Shown: positions 63,713-64,000 of the stretch, one piece after another
Layout of the letters: each line of letters opens with the position of its first letter
Position numbering within the stretch: the stretch's first letter is position 1
Assembly: GCA_016936235.1 (NCBI GenBank)
Contig: JAFGPK010000005.1
Location: forward strand, 2,133-66,132
Length of the DNA stretch: 64,000 nt
Source of the DNA: Candidatus Fermentibacteraceae bacterium
Lineage (GTDB): Bacteria; Fermentibacterota; Fermentibacteria; Fermentibacterales; JCC-6
Reading direction: 5' to 3'
Position numbers and translations under genes: made by a program
Notes under the pieces: model-generated
What the model was told of the DNA's origin: nothing
The model's database searches: none
The model's input: only the letters and a program-made list of their open reading frames with translations

Positions 63713-64000
63713 GGAACATCAAGGTGGACCTCAGGAGCGACACCGTCAGCACGCCCTGCCATGCCATGCGGAACGCAATAGCCAGGGCGGAGCTCGGGGA
63801 TGACGTTTTCGGGGAGGACCCGACGGTCAACCATCTCGAGGAGACCATGGCCGACCTGACCGGTTTTGACAGGGCCGTGTTCATGCCCACGGGCACCATG
63901 TCCAACGGAGTGGCGATCAGGGCACAGACCGCTCCCGGCGAGGAAGTCATCTGCGGCAGCAACAGCCATGTATATGTCTACGAGAACGCCCAGTACGCGG
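63709..64000 (+). CDS. ltaE: low-specificity L-threonine aldolase (3'-truncated by window edge)
   Basis: Translated by hand: MRNIKVDLRSDTVS.P...M....LGDDVFGEDPTV..LE...PTGTMSN...HVYVYE. Confidence 0.9.
   Translation, partial: MRNIKVDLRSDTVSTPCHAMRNAIARAELGDDVFGEDPTVNHLEETMADLTGFDRAVFMPTGTMSNGVAIRAQTAPGEEVICGSNSHVYVYENAQYA

Noticed and set aside
1-64000. CRISPR arrays, IS elements, rRNA, defence systems
   Set aside because: By eye I found no regularly spaced repeats, transposase motifs, rRNA-like segments or defence-type domains.

Overview
A GC-rich, gene-dense stretch of core chromosome from a diderm bacterium (msbA, GT9 heptosyltransferases, gmhB, ddl, dapF; gene content is compatible with an FCB-related candidate phylum such as Fermentibacterota, but that is an unverified impression). 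It holds about 58 CDS and one tRNA-Gly(CCC). I found no prophage, IS element or CRISPR array. Main blocks: purF end; ECF sigma/anti-sigma/degenerate HtrA; msbA-GT9-mutS; a 10 kb glycosylation cluster (GT2, GT4, GT-C-like membrane proteins) followed by a histidine kinase and sigma54 activator; an archaeal-type gatE-gatD pair; hpf-hprK-ptsH-ptsI; more GT4 genes, tatA, mglA-1 and a zinc-finger membrane protein; topA-xerC-DUF2723-hslVU-mglA-2-DPY19-like-dapF-tRNA; waaF-polA-sulfatase; comEC; gmhB-galE-like; ddl-ltaE. The most notable observations are the archaeal-type GatDE amidotransferase in a bacterium, membrane glycosyltransferases resembling eukaryotic DPY19 (C-mannosyltransferase) and TMEM260 (O-mannosyltransferase), and two MglA GTPases with no MglB in the window. 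All family calls come from motif recognition by eye; no database search was run.
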